This document shows positions 49,741-63,110 of a DNA stretch of 64,000 bases, in pieces. Numbering within the stretch: position 1 is the first letter of the stretch; each line of letters opens with the position of its first letter. The notes beneath the pieces are model-generated. The model was given only the letters and a program-made list of their open reading frames with translations, had not been told where the DNA came from and searched no databases. The stretch spans positions 484,811 through 548,810 of the forward strand of contig RDEW01000016.1 of assembly GCA_011109175.1 (NCBI GenBank), written 5' to 3'. This DNA comes from Dicyema japonicum. Taxonomy: Eukaryota > Animalia > Dicyemida. Made by a program: the position numbers and the translations under genes.

Positions 49741-51789
49741 TTTATACGTTCAGATATTTCCCGTTTTGTAGAGTCCTGGGTTCTGTTCTTTGTTTCCAGT
49801 GATGATTAGGAAAAACCAATTCTATATTTGGAGCGAACAACTTCCCGCTTGGCGACAGCCATCATCCAGTTCGACTTCCTTGAAGAACAGGTGATAGGGC
49901 GTAGTGCGGTTTTTTTAGTTGCCGAATGGAGTCCAATTTTCGCCTGTAAAGGTATTCCACGTGAAGATCAAAAATCACGATGCAAGTGAAACCCAGTGAA
50001 ATATATCTGTCATACTCAAAATTAAACGAGTTGGAATACACATTTTGGTTTTGTTCAAAAAATCATTATTAACACAACGTCGATAATGTCGGGGGGGTCC
50101 ACTTTGGATGGATGGCTGTGTTAATTTAATTATTTAAATAATTTATATTTTATTATATAAACTTAATATTAGTCGGTTAGCCAAATAAGAAAAATTATAT
50201 AATTTTTTTTGAAAAGAGCGGGAAAAATGAAAAAATATTTCATCTGATTTAACGTTAGAAAAATTTTTTCCGTTCGTCTAAAAGAAAACGTTCCGATAGA
50301 ATTATGTTTAATGAGATAAAATCAAGACAAGAGAAATTGAAATTTAACCAAAATAACTTCTCTTCGCTTTCCCCGTATCTCAAATTATCAATTATAGACA
50401 CATTTGACAGTAACTTCGCTAAATATCATATATTAGGCCAAACTTTGGGATCCTTTAGTTTGACTAGTCACGAAAATCACGAAATTGTGACTTGGATGGT
50501 CAGAAATAGCAACAAACTAACGTTCTCAGCCGACCAATTCAAAAAGGATTTGCTTACTAGGAAAGAAAATTCGTGAAAACGCAAATTTTTATCGCAAATT
50601 TACTGTTTTATGGCCGATTCAGCAAAAAATGGAATTATTAGACGAATTCATAATAAAAGTACTTTAACTAACAACTTAGAACATCGACTTATGTTTAACA
50701 AACGATGTTGGAATTGGAAAATTTAGGGATATTTATGAACATTTTCACAAATTCCTGGACTCGCACGCAATTGAAAAATTTGTTCTCTCAGTTTTTTGAG
50801 AAGACTAGTATAGTCACATTCATAACCCGGACAATCGAGGCAATAAACGGTAATTAATTAAAAAAATTATTAGTTGACGTGGACAACTCAACAACGGAGC
50901 AACTGAGACTGCGAGTATTTTGCCAAAAAGTTATTCATTACCAAGGAATACCAACTGGAGTGGTTCTCCATGGCAACCGCATATTTGTCGCACTGTGAGA
51001 CGGCCAGGCTGCTATACGTAATTTTCGGACCCCTCTATAAAGGTGATCACAGTTGACATGGTAGGACTGATTCTGTGGCATGAAATGACTGAGAGCACAG
51101 CTGAGAGTCTTCAACAGGCCAACGAGCACTTCTCCCAACTGGCAGTGGTTCTTCTGTTTTTCACTCACGACGGGTCGGTCCCACGATAAACCAATGATAT
51201 AATAAGAAATCTAACTCGTAAAATAATTTCACATGTAGTGTTCCCCTTTGAATGGCTGCCTGAGAACTTGGCTTGTCTGTTGAATTTAGCTGGGTATAAA
51301 ATCACCGTCGATAAGCTTGAGGCTGACTTTCTTAGCGGACTTGTCATTGACGTGTCACAGACGATTGCCGCCTTCTTCTTTGTAAACAAGTTTAACATAA
51401 AAGATTTCCAAACGGTTCCTCCTTCAAAGCAGTTGGTTGTTTGCCTTCCTGAGAGACCTGATAAAATCAGCCGAGAATGCTGGAAAGTCATGCCTTAAGC
51501 AGCATTTGTTTGTAGGACTTAGTCAGGTGTTGATTCAAACTGCAGTGGACGCTAAAGACTATCAATTAAGTGAATGATTTGTTTATATTAACAGATCAAC
51601 ATTTTAATATGGCTGTAGATGGGATTCGACAATTTATAGAAGAATTAATGACAATCACGTTTCCTTAGTTTATTAAACAATGTTTGTTTATGTGGATTGA
51701 GTCATTTCATAATTATAAACATATAACTTGATGATTTTTATCAAACTATTGTGGACAAATTATAATGTCATACTTTGATATTGTAAACC

Positions 51790-52010
51790 ATCGGAATTAT
51801 AATTGGACATTTTCGAACCAGTCGCAGTGGAAACGTCAAGAATTATAGGAAGCAGGTCACTGATCCTGCTAAACAGATTCGGTTCGCTCATCCCAAAAAG
51901 GAAGAATCGGAGAGAAAGGAGCTGGCTCATTGAGCGCATTTCCTTGCAAATTGTCAGAGGAAATGCGTTCTCAATTATGAGAGCAGCCAGCAGTTGTTGA
52001 CAGTTAATTT
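51790..52010 (+). mobile_element. CRE-like 3' fragment
   Basis: FEPVAVETSRIIG...ERSWLIERISLQIVRGNAFSI. Confidence 0.75.
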
Positions 52011-52139
52011 TTGGCTATGATTGTACTAAACTATCATATCCTTCTATTAGACATTTACTTTAAAATTATTATCGCTTCTGTAAATATTTATTGATACAAG
52101 GCTTACAATCTTTGATAAGTCAAGCAAAAACAGTCATAA

Positions 52140-54430
52140 CTAAATAATCAAAATTTCTAGGCCTTTATTGAACATCTTAGCTTTGATGAAATCACTGCCC
52201 GGAACATTATTCTTGACAGCTCTTATTGCTATTTTCAGCTCTGCTAGAGAGATCTCTATAAATACTGTTTTCTCCGACAATGGTTCGTAACAAGTATTCT
52301 CCGCGATGACATCCACTTCAAATATCTTTTTAAGTTGTGTCTCAAAAACTAGAGGTATTTCTTCTTCAGCATAAGAGGTGCTATCCGGTTTCTTGAACAC
52401 AATCTTGTTTTCGATTGACTCTAAGTTCTTCGCTCTTCGGTATACCTTCCAGAAAGAAGCATTGTACTTGTTTAGCTTCCCTAGTTGAGAGTTCCACTTA
52501 TTCTCATTTCAACTTCCGAATTAGATAGATATTTTTATTAACATAACTTGGCCTGGTGGCCTAATAGCGCTCTTAAGAAGAGAGGACGGCCACCAAATAA
52601 ATCAGATATAACCAGGATTACCCTGGTTAATGCCCGCTTTCGTAGGAAACGGGCTCCGGGGCTGATAGCTTTTACCAGCGCTGTTGAGATGGATGAATTA
52701 ATTATTAATACAAAGATGAAAAAACCTGGAATTAGTAATATCCCTGGTTATAATTCGATTGATATTCCAAGGCGTCCAGGTGCCATATCTGGTACTGGCA
52801 TTTTTATACAAAAAGTGTATTAAAACGCGATTGCCAAGAATTATCGAAGAGAATGTCTGCGAATTATTACTAATTTATTTATTAACCCCGGGATCACCGA
52901 GAAAGAAAGACAAAAAATGTTAACTAGAGATTCTGTCAGCAGGGGAGGTATTTTTGTTCTACATTGTGGTCCCAGTCTTATGAATTGGAGTGATGAGCGA
53001 GTTCTTCCATATTTGAGGGATAGTGTTCCAGTTAACGGACAGGTTTAAAATTTCCGTTAGGTAGCTAATCGTATTTTCTTAAGTGTTTCGGGTGAATTGA
53101 AGATACTTTGTCCGGGCCACAGACCCGTGAGTTCTTTAATCCGTGATAACCTCTGAGACCTGCTTGTCTAAGAATAGTTCTTGGTAAGGTTCATTTTTCG
53201 GTTTGCGGGCACGTACTTTGATGTCCATTTCAACTTCGTAAGATGGCATTTTTTCATTTGGTTCCTTCGTTTTATGAGTGTAAGTGTCCGGGAATTGAGG
53301 GTAGGTATAAAATTCGTGTATGATGAGAGAGGAATAAATTTGTTGTCAGCCTTTTGAATGGCCACACTGATGATTTTTGAGGCTTCATCTATCAAACGTA
53401 TATGGGATGATAGTCCTTTGACCAATTCCAGGTCTACCAAGTCAGAAAAGCCAGACGAGTCAACCTTCTTATATTTCTTGAAACTTTTCACTTCGGTCAG
53501 CAATGTCCGGCGTCTCCGAAATCCTCTTAACGTAAGAAGGATTGGATTATGGTGGCTGAGAAACCATAGTTCACATCCAATGTAGTGATTCCTGCTAAAG
53601 AGGGAGAACATTAGGTTAAATCAAGAGAGGTGCAGCCATCAGTGCTCCTTAAAGGGGTTCTTGTGTGTAATTTAGGATCATTCAAGATAATCATATCAAC
53701 AAGATCATTTAGGATGAACTCGGTTCAGCTGTCAGAGGACTGTGAAGTTAGCCAAACGGGGTGTCGGGCATTTAGGTCACCTCATATTAGAGCGTTCTTT
53801 AGTACTGAGAGGCGGGGTATATTTAGGGTGCAGGATTTTGGGCAGGATCCTTGTGATGGAATAGATAGGTTATTCAAGTTGATCCAAAGGACGAGTACAG
53901 CTCCATTTTGATGGTGATCTGCTCCATGGAATCGTCCGTCGACTCACGTCAATGAAAGGTATACCGTTTTTTATAATTGAGAGTAGTCCTCCACCTGGTC
54001 TTCCCTAATGATCCTTACGGATTTATGTGTATTCCTGGAAAGAAGGTGTTGGCGTGAAGGATGAGAGCTTGGATTCGTGGATGAGAGCAAGGTCAGCTCG
54101 ATATGCTGAGAGGAGAGCTCGAAGTTCCAGAATCTTCCTTTTAATTCAAATGTATTTGGTTGTAGAATTATTATGTCTCCACGTGGACCAGGGTTTGTTT
54201 CAATGTCGCCACATAGCAGGATCCAAAGTCCAGAACAGTGATGACACAAGACGGAGTCGGATACACATAAGTTACGGGAACCCCCAAGAGGTGGGGAGAA
54301 GTTAATGGCTCTTTTCGTTCCTTTCCGAAATAGGTGACACCTTATCGGGTGAACCACAAGACACCACAGCACATAATCATGCAACCTCTGCCAATTATTA
54401 TGCATCGATTTGTACACTTCCATTGGTTGG
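52140..54430 (-). mobile_element. APE-type LINE relic with an N-terminal 2A-like motif; interrupted by a plus-strand APE fragment (52548-52823)
   Basis: ILLCGDIETNPGP (54184-54222), then APE remnants (DLALIHESKL, GGGLLSIIKNGIPF, SHHNPILLTL), and AIRAVKNNVPGSDFI (pre-RT) at 52140-52400. Confidence 0.75.
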
Positions 54431-54546
54431 AAAACAAAGTGGAATTTACTCCAAAAGATTAAGGAATTATTCGAGGATTATAAAAGATTTTTTCGTTAAT
54501 AATGAAAACCCAATCCTTGTGGGAGATTGTAGGTGAGTAAAAAGAG

Positions 54547-54852
54547 TAAGCACTACCGCGTTGCCATAAGCACTTAAAATGCCTAGGGTTTCGCTCGTGC
54601 AGAACACACACTTTATACAAGTAAAGAACAGTTATTATAACTAATCGTAGAGGGAGAACCAAGGAATGATCTTCACTTTGTTTTTTCTTTTTTTTGGGTG
54701 TATGTCTTTTTGACTATCCAGTTCCGCAGTGAACCTCCATTGATGACGGCGTCACACGTCAAGCCTTTTAGCATCGTAGATGCGTGGAACCTTCCACCAG
54801 GTGAACAGCAGCGAGAATCGAACCCGTGACCTAAGCCACTTTGCCACCCGGC
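54547..54852 (-). mobile_element. tRNA-derived SINE, copy D (tail type B)
   Basis: Closely similar to copy C through GTGTGTGTTCTGC, then a different tail ACGAGCGAAACCCTAGGCATTTTAAGTGCTTATGGCAACGCGGTAGTGCTTA. Confidence 0.8.
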
Positions 54853-55139
54853 TGGGAGATTGTAATGCAAAAAATATTGCATTTGGTTGTGTGAAAACTA
54901 GTTCTGATGGCTAATGTTTATTGGAAATAATGGAATCAGAAAATTCAGAAGTTTTTACGTCTAAAAAACTTAATCATTTCCAACAACGGAGTGCTGATAG
55001 ATTGGGTATTTTCGTTATGCAAGAAAACCTCGCTGTGAGCGGATCCCTATGTCGAAAATGATATAGGGACTTATAAACTTGGAGCTGCGAACTGGACCCG
55101 TTTTTGAAGATGAAATATTTCTTGGAGATAAAAATTTTA

Positions 55140-57370
55140 ACAACGTGGTGGTCTTGTAGTGAGTAATTGTAACATCATGGAGCGTCGTTCATATAATGGA
55201 GCAACACACATTACACCCAAGAGACTGGACACTACATGCTCTTTATGCGGTTATAGTAATGCACGCAAATATGGACTTTTCTGCTCGTCTTGCGGTGACT
55301 TTTTCCACCTTGGATGCATAAAGATGTCTCAGCGGGCTGCATGCTCGCTCTGCCTGTGGAACTGCAGTATCTGCATGGGCACTGGTCGGAAAACCCAGAG
55401 GATCATTCCAAACGAGCACGTCGAACCAAATGAGCCTTTAGACTTCAATGATATGGACAACCTCTTGCTCTTCTTGTCGGATCTAAGGAAAGCCAGGAAG
55501 ATCCCAATCAGGATCCCAAGACCCGTCCGGATTCCCGCGGCTACATGCCTGGCCTCTGCAATTGACTATACTTTCACGTCCGACGACCTGGAGGCCTACT
55601 AAAACTCCTCAGTTTTGCTCGATGGCCCTTGGAATTCCATTTATCGACTCAAAGGAGATCACAGAATACAGAGAAAGCACGACACTTAGGAACTCCCTTT
55701 CCTCAAAAATGAATAAGAACATCCAGGTTTTCTATTTGCATTCTCTCACCAAGACGGAAGTCATGAAATCAAACATTCTGATTCCAATCCTTTGGTTTAT
55801 TTGAATGGCCCGGACAAACTTGGAGAGAGAGTCAACCGCAAACTATGTGAAAGCAACGTCCGAGCGGCGTTGCGCGTCGTCGCCAGCGACGAAACTATTA
55901 TGGCTGCGACACCTAAGGTGTTGGAACTACTCAGACAAGAACATCCATGTCCTCCGGAAAATTACCGCCCATTCGTGCTTCCGGGAATTTTGTCAAGGAT
56001 GACCGTCACCGAAGGCGAAGTGCGACGCGGCACTTCGTCGTTTGCGGCGAGTAGCAGTGAAGGTATCGATGGCTTGTGGCCGGGTCACATCAAGATCTTA
56101 TGGTGGAGGCTACTGCATAATATGGCTGCAACCTTGTCAAGTCAATCACAAAACTGGTTATGCGTATTTTGAACGGAGATATTCTCCCCACGCAAGGGAG
56201 CTTCTTTTCAGTGCACATCTACTGGCCTTCTAAAAAAGCCCGAAGGAGGGGTCCGCCCCATCGCGGTCAACAACTATTTCAGAAGACTGACAGCAAAAAT
56301 CGAATGCACCACTGTCTGTCCGAAAATATCTGAAGAATTTTCCCCCTCCAACTGGGGGTTGGTGTAAGGAACGGATGCGAGGCTGCGAGGTGTTTTTTTG
56401 GACAGAAAGACGAACAGAATCCACACATTGGGGTCAAGCTGGACATTTGCAATGCCTTCAATTCATAGAGGAGGGATCAAATTTTCAAAACTACAAGCAA
56501 ACGAGCCCCGCAACTTATTCAACTTGTCTTCCTCGCTTACGGAACCAATTCTTCACTAATTTTCGGGGACAAGATTATCTGTTCGAGACCGGAGTTCAAC
56601 AAGGGACCCACTTGGTCCACTACTCTTGCGCTATTCATTGATGAAATTGTCCGCTCTATAAACACACAACTAAACCTCTGGTATCTTGATAACGTCACGA
56701 TTAGAGGGCCGTGGAGAAAAGTACACGACGTTCTATCACATGCCGTGCCGGCACTACGAAACCTCGGACTTGAGATAAACATAAAGAAATCGGAGCTAAT
56801 AAACATCACATACTCGGAGAGTGATTTCATCAACGTGGTCGAGTCTTTCAACTCGGTACTACCTGGAATTACTGTCGTACTCAGGGAACGGACATACTTT
56901 CTTGGGTGCCCACTTGACGAAAAGGAACTGCGGAGCCATCTACAGACAAAAGAGGATGAACTCTCCAGAGTCACGGAGAAACTCTCCTTACTCGATAGTC
57001 ATACAGCGTTCTTCCTTTTGAAGAATAGTATCGACTTGCCCAAACTCCTATTGCTCTCCGATGTTCTCCCTGCTTCAGACATCGTGACATCCTCCTTCAC
57101 TAGATAGGACATTGAGAAAATCAGCTGAATTGCTTCTAAACATCCACTTTGATGTGCCGAGTTGGAACCAATGCAAACTTCCTACACGCCTCTAAGGAAC
57201 GGGTCTCAGGTCGGCGCTGGAGATCGCCTATTAAGCATATGTGTCATCGCTCTCAAGTGGAAGCCTTCTGGTCCAAGAAATCCTACGTAAATTGTACAAA
57301 GGCCTGACTGAGGAAGAGAACAAACTTGTGAGGCCAGTAAGAGAGGATATTCAAAACTGGATGCTTAACT
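55140..57370 (+). mobile_element. CRE-clade non-LTR element with N-terminal PHD finger and RT, 3'-truncated, frameshifted
   Basis: CSLC...CSSCGDFFHLGC...WNCSIC; KKPEGGVRPIAVNNYFRRLTAK; GVQQG; LWYLDNVT; KKSELI; FLGCPL. Confidence 0.88.
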
Positions 57371-57465
57371 ATCTTGACTAGTAATTGGATATCAAGGAAA
57401 AAAAGGGTACCCGGATGAACAGTCCAGGCCAACCGGTGGACTGATAGTTATTTCAATATATTTTC

Positions 57466-58570
57466 GTGTTGTTGTGGACGGACGCACGTTATTATGATTA
57501 TGCCTGTTGTGAGAAAAGCACCTGAAAATAATTTTCCCACTTCGAAGAAAAAAGTACCAGTCAAGTCAACTGAGATGTGTTCGTCTTGTCGGCTTGTCAG
57601 AACTCGTAAGCGTGGGGTTTCCTGCTCTGCTTGTGGAGATTTCTTCCACCTCAGGTGTATCAAGCTATCCCAAGCCGCAGCGAGCGTGCTTGGAGTATGG
57701 CACTGCCAGTCATGCTTCAGCTTATGCAGGGAGGTTCCCCGTGCCCGTGCCAACGTTAACTCTCCCGTTAATTACCCATCAACCACGGACCCAGAAACAT
57801 TCATACGTCTCATCTCTGAATTACGTTCTTCACGGACCATCCCTGTGAGGATTCCCAAAGCCATACGACCTGTTTCTGCGGAGGCCTTTTCCAAAACGAT
57901 TGAAGATGCTTTCCGGACTAACGCAGTACATGATTGGATGCGCTTATTCAGTTTTGCGCTTTCCGCAAAGGGACTTGATCGGGAGGATCACGGAAAGGAG
58001 TCTCTCGCTACCATTATAAGGACCAACATTCGTTTTTTTTGGGAGGTATCCACATCCCCAGTTGTCCCATGGCTTTTAACAGTACGAGGGATACACGTGG
58101 TCATAACGAGGAAGTAGAAGGGCTCCGTCTTAAGAGAACTGTCCGGTCGAAGTTAATCGAATGTGACACCCGCGCAGCCATCATGGCACTTTCCTCGAGT
58201 GGATTACGAAAACCGACTCCAGACGCCTACAATATTTTACTGAACAAGCATCCACTGCCACCCCAAAACTTACGCCAAGTCGCTCCCGTATCCGGAGTGA
58301 TTCCTCTGATTGCATCAAACGATGAAGTTTCCTCGCAATTTGGAATTTTGCTTTTAGTAGCAGTGGCGGGGTCGACGGAATGAGACCTGGCTACCTGAAA
58401 GATCTAACCTCTTTGTCCGTAAGAGACCAGGGACTTCGTCTTACGAATTCAATTACTTAACTTATGAACCGGATCATGTCTGGAGTTCTTCTCGAAGTTA
58501 TCCTCCATGTCCTGTTCTTGACAATTTGATAGCCTGTGATAAGAAGGGAGGCGGTTATTTGCCTCTTGGT
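57466..58570 (+). mobile_element. Second CRE-clade element 5' part (PHD), head-to-tail with the first
   Basis: CSSC...CSACGDFFHLRC...WHCQSC; IPVRIPKAIRP; SKLIECDTRAAIMALSS; ends near DKKGGG. Confidence 0.85.
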
Positions 58571-58989
58571 GCAATTCCGTACCATTCGAAACTCTAAATT
58601 ATTTGCATTTTGTTATTTTATTTATTAAAATACATGTCATTTTAAAACACAACCTTGCTTGGCCGTTTTCGATAACCTTTTGTGTAAATTTTTTGACACC
58701 TCAAGAAATCCACTTATCTCATTCATTTCTCAAATATGATTTGAATGCAGAATTAACTCTTACATCCCACGGTTGAAGATATGGAATTGTTTTCGCAGGC
58801 GAGTCAGTTTTAGTCCTCAAGAACACAAAGAATATAAATATCTGAGTATTACTTAAATTCTTAAGTTCATTTTTATGCCCGATACAAAGCGACAAATTAC
58901 TGAAGACAAACGTAGAAGAGCAGCGTTATTATGTAAGACGTCTTTAAATGAAGGGATTTATGCTATTCGCTGCTAAACCACCACATAGG

Positions 58990-59160
58990 CATTGGCTTCA
59001 GATCTTGGTTTATGAGCAGATCTCAGAATGAGCAAAGTGAAGAAGGTATCTACACAAGTTACATCCCAAACCAATGATTTTCTCAAAAACTGTCACAAAG
59101 CTCGGGAATATATCTCGATGGCTATTAACAGTATATTGCTTTGCTATTCAAGCGCCTAGA
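58990..59160 (-). mobile_element. CRE-like RLE fragment
   Basis: KSLVWDVTCVDTF. Confidence 0.6.
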
Positions 59161-59467
59161 TTAGTATTTGTTTCATTTGATATATTTTATTAAAAAAATA
59201 GTAGCATAAAAAAGAATAACGACTTATGAAATTTAATAAGTCTAAATTTATTTGTGCACATTAATATTAAAATAATATTTTGGAATTCATACTGAGTAGG
59301 GACAAAATGAACTGGTCTCTAGTAAAAATAATACATCTGGCTGTGAGCCAATAGAACTGACACCTCTCAGCTGCAATCAAAATCAATAAGTGAATATTTT
59401 AAGTAAAATAAACTATTAACCCAATTTAACCAATAAAGAATCATAATTAGCTTAACTAAAGAAATGG

Positions 59468-60015
59468 TTAGGTGAAGAATGATTTTTTACGAGATTTCAT
59501 TTTGATATAAATATTACCAATGACGTCAGTAAGTATTATAAATAGTACCAATGACAACACTAGTCCGACAACTCCACACACGATTCCAATTATTCGATGT
59601 GTCGTCAGTTTTTTTATGGATTCACTTTCAGACGATATTAGTTCTTTAAAACTTATTTTATCTAAAATTCAAACAAATTTACTCACCATCTGCAATATTA
59701 TGATGTTTAATCGTGGTTTTTTTTCTTTAATTTCAGTAGATGATTGTGTTTCAAAGCATCCTTCATCTAAAATCAGACAGATTTATTAAAATTCTCCAAT
59801 AAATTCAAAAATCAAATCATTGCGGAAAAATTGAAATTTGAGAGATGAAATTTTGATAGTCACATTACTATAGCTTTGTGAGATGATTCCACATTGATAA
59901 AATCCTCCCATTTAGATTTGTTTAAATTGTTTTTGAAGTGAAACGCATTTATTTCTTCTATACCCAACACAAACAGAAAAATTATGAATATGATATTTAT
60001 TCTCAAATTTTTCAT
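59468..60015 (-). CDS. Candidate small type-I membrane protein gene or relic (signal peptide + TM + basic tail); splicing unresolved
   Basis: MKNLRINIIFIIFLFVLGIEEINAF; 25-nt GT-AG intron 59662-59686; IIGIVCGVVGLVLSLVLFIILT...KMKSRKKSFFT*. The internal frame is not continuous. Confidence 0.3.
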
Positions 60016-61027
60016 ACGCCATAATAGTTATTGTAGCATGTTTACTAGTCAATACATATTTATAGTAACTATAATAATATGTTAAAATATTATAATCATA
60101 ATCACTGAAATGCTCATCTGTTATCTAAGAATCAATGTTCACGTGTACAATTTTGTTATTGTCAATATATGAAATTTTGATATTTCCACTTATTACTCCT
60201 CTGATCCTCTTTTCTTTAAATAAAAACCAAATCGGCGTATTTGGGTCATTATTTGGGTTACAGTCGTTTGCTAAATAAATCTTAATTAAAACCTTTTCCA
60301 GTAAAATAATTCAAAAAACCATTATCGTGATATTGCAACTTGTTTGAATAAATTGTAACAGATAAATTATTCGTAAATCTAATATGAGTAAAACCACATC
60401 GGTAGTAATCCCCATATTTAGTTTGTGGTCTCTTTGTGATATTTTTATAATGTTTACCACCTTAAGTACAACAAAAAAGTACCATAAACAATTTCTGTTA
60501 TTAAGTCAATAGTATAAAACTCATCGTAAAAGTGTGGAATAAGTTTAAAATTCATATTATCTAAATATAAACTATAATCTCCAATAGTTTTCCAGTCATC
60601 TATATGTTGATCCCTATTTAACATCCATAAACTAGATTCCTAAAGTTAACGAAATATATACTTTAGAAGGAGTTTTCAGAATTGCATATGAGTCAATTAC
60701 TATATATCTCCAATCACATTTTATTTTAACGATTTTGCTGAAAAGAATAAATATTACAAAATGAATAGTTCTGTTCATGTAATCTAAATTTTATTAGGTC
60801 AAATTTTATTTTATTTAACATTTCAATATAATTTTTTTATTTAATTATTACTTAATATCTATAATAATAGATATTTTATAACGATTTTTTATTATTAGTC
60901 AAAAATTTTAGCATGACGAATTTCTCTTGATAAATATTTTTCAATATCTTGACAAGGCGGCAAACGCCTTGTTGTGTTATATAGTTATTTGATTAAATTT
61001 TTTTCGTTCTATCTAATGTTTTCATTA

Positions 61028-61247
61028 AATCCTACTAACTCAAGGGACGGCAAATGTTTGTCAGCATTCAAAAAAATAAACTATTCATCCCACAGGGAGA
61101 CAATTTCGTTCCCTGCCGACAAGTTCTGGAATTGATCTCAGCTTTTCGGTGGACGTCTTCTGGATCACTGTTCTTGTGTGATGGTTTTTCTGGAATACGT
61201 CAGGATCAGTAAATTTGATTGGTTTTACTTTTGGTTTTCGGAATAAT
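61028..61247 (+). repeat. HDV-like-headed short repeat, degenerate full-length copy
   Basis: CCTACTAACTCAAGGGACGGCAAATGTTTGTCAGCATTCAAAA head, GACAATTTCGT..CCTG..GACAAGTTCTGG body as in 42345-42375, GGATCA...GGAAT tail. Confidence 0.55.
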
Positions 61248-61699
61248 TATTTATTAATGGAAATTCACTATTATAAATAAATGTGTCAAATTCAGGACTT
61301 TGTGTATTCACGGTGCATGAAAAAGTAATTGTTTGACAAGATTTCAAAATAATAACAACAGCTTTTATTTAGAGGAATGTGAATGTTTCCACTTTTGCAG
61401 GAGGATATATATGTCGTGTCCCGCACGAGTTACTCTACCCATCCCGTGTTGGTTACAAATCACCTGTCAATCAACCCGTAGCCTGTCATTCAATCAATAT
61501 TAATTTTTTTATGATAACTGTTATACTGAACTAATTTGAAGAAAGAAAATAGAATAAAAGGTTATATAGAGGCTGCTCTTCTCGGCCTTCTCATTGGCAG
61601 AACAGCTCCAGAGACAGAGAGAATGCTCCAAACTCTATTGTAATAATCCTAAATTCTGGAACTTTTTTGGATAGGAAAGGTGAAAAGGTGAATCTTAAG

Positions 61700-62200
61700 T
61701 TTCCTGACGGCATTCGGATCCCAAAAGAAAAGTTCCTGATGTCTTAAGATAATAACTTGCAGAAATACAAGAATTGGGTCCTCTGTTAATTTTTCCCCGA
61801 GGCATACAAACTAGTTTTTTTTAAGAGGAGCCATCCTCGCTTGTGGAAGGCCTGTGTGGAACTATTTCTATGGAGGAGGTAATTCTTGCTATCAATGGAT
61901 ATAAAAATAAAGCTCCGGAATGGGATTTTATCCCCCCTGACTGTCTTCAAAAATGCTGGAATGCCATTATTGAAAACGTTATGGACTTTATTTAATTCTT
62001 CGTGGTGTTCTAGACATGTTCCTTCACGTGGATAAGGTCATTTGTACGGATGATCCCGAAGAAGAGAAAATCTAGTTTAAATCCAGAAAACTATAGGCCA
62101 ATAAACCTGATATGTAGTATTTCAAAAATCATGGAAAAAATCATTTTTAACAGATTATCTAAGTATATTGAAAATAAAAAATTTTTCAGTGGGGTTTTCG
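61700..62200 (+). mobile_element. LINE (Jockey/CR1-like) pre-RT and RT domain 1 fragment
   Basis: KNKAPEWDFI; IPKKRKSSLNPENYRPINLICSISKIMEKIIFNRL. Confidence 0.75.
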
Positions 62201-62297
62201 CCCCACTAGAAGGACTGGAGATTGTTTTTCAATATTATCAAATTTTATATGTATTGCGAAAAAGAATAGAGAATGTCTTACGGCTGTATGTCTAGAT

Positions 62298-62530
62298 TAG
62301 TGCTTCTCAGACTTTTTCATGCGGCACTTGGCGTAAAAATAATTTCATGCGGCACACCTTCACCAAATAAAGAGCGTACAATTATTTTGCTGGCAGAAAT
62401 GATTAAATTTTCTCCAATTGTATGGGCTTTCATTTGAGAAGCAATTAATTCCGCAACAACATAACTACATTTAATATACAGTAAACTTTTCCAAATTTGC
62501 AATTTTTGGTTCCAGCATTTTTTGCGGCAA
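62298..62530 (-). mobile_element. hAT/Buster relic with terminal sequence
   Basis: SYVVAELIASQMKAHTIGENLII; terminus TAGTGCTTCTCAGAC after GTCTAGAT. Confidence 0.7.
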
Positions 62531-62699
62531 ATTTCAGAATTTAATCAATAATTTAAAATAGTCATTGGAGAAATTTCTCGCCGATGAAAATAACTAAATT
62601 TGATTTTATTACAAATACAAAATTTTTTCAAAAAAGTATTAACTATTAAATTCTATCAAAATAAATTCAATTCCCAGATATCCCAATTTTTGACTATTA

Positions 62700-63110
62700 A
62701 AGTGGACCTTGAATGTTTTAATATATTTTCAAATCCATTGGCTGAGTTATTCCTGTAGCATTTTTAGGAAAAAAATTATTTTAATTTTTTCCAAATTCGA
62801 TGCCAAGCAATGAAAGGACAATTATCTATAAGGAGCGAAATTGACTTCTCTGCCCTCAAAGGGTTATTGAAGTTTATCATCCAGTTAGTAAAAATAAATC
62901 CGGTCATCCATTCTCTTTTGGAACTGTAATACGAAATAGCACACCGATAATCATATTTTTTTCGAAACACGTGGCATTTTAATTTTCCAATCAATAATGG
63001 ATTTAATTTATGATTTTCAGACGTATTTTCGCATAACATCACAGATACTCTATCTTTGAAGTAAGGTTTCGTCAAAATCAAATGCCATTTCATCAACCAT
63101 TGAATCAAGT
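62700..63110 (-). mobile_element. Tigger/pogo (DDE_1) transposase relic
   Basis: KDRVSVMLC, KLNPLLIGK, SSKREWMTGFIFTNW, LLIDNCP. Confidence 0.8.

Noticed and set aside
61578-61592. TTCTCGGCCTT match to the U2 snRNA 5' end
   Set aside because: Only 11 nt match; the branch-recognition GTAGTA and the Sm site do not follow.
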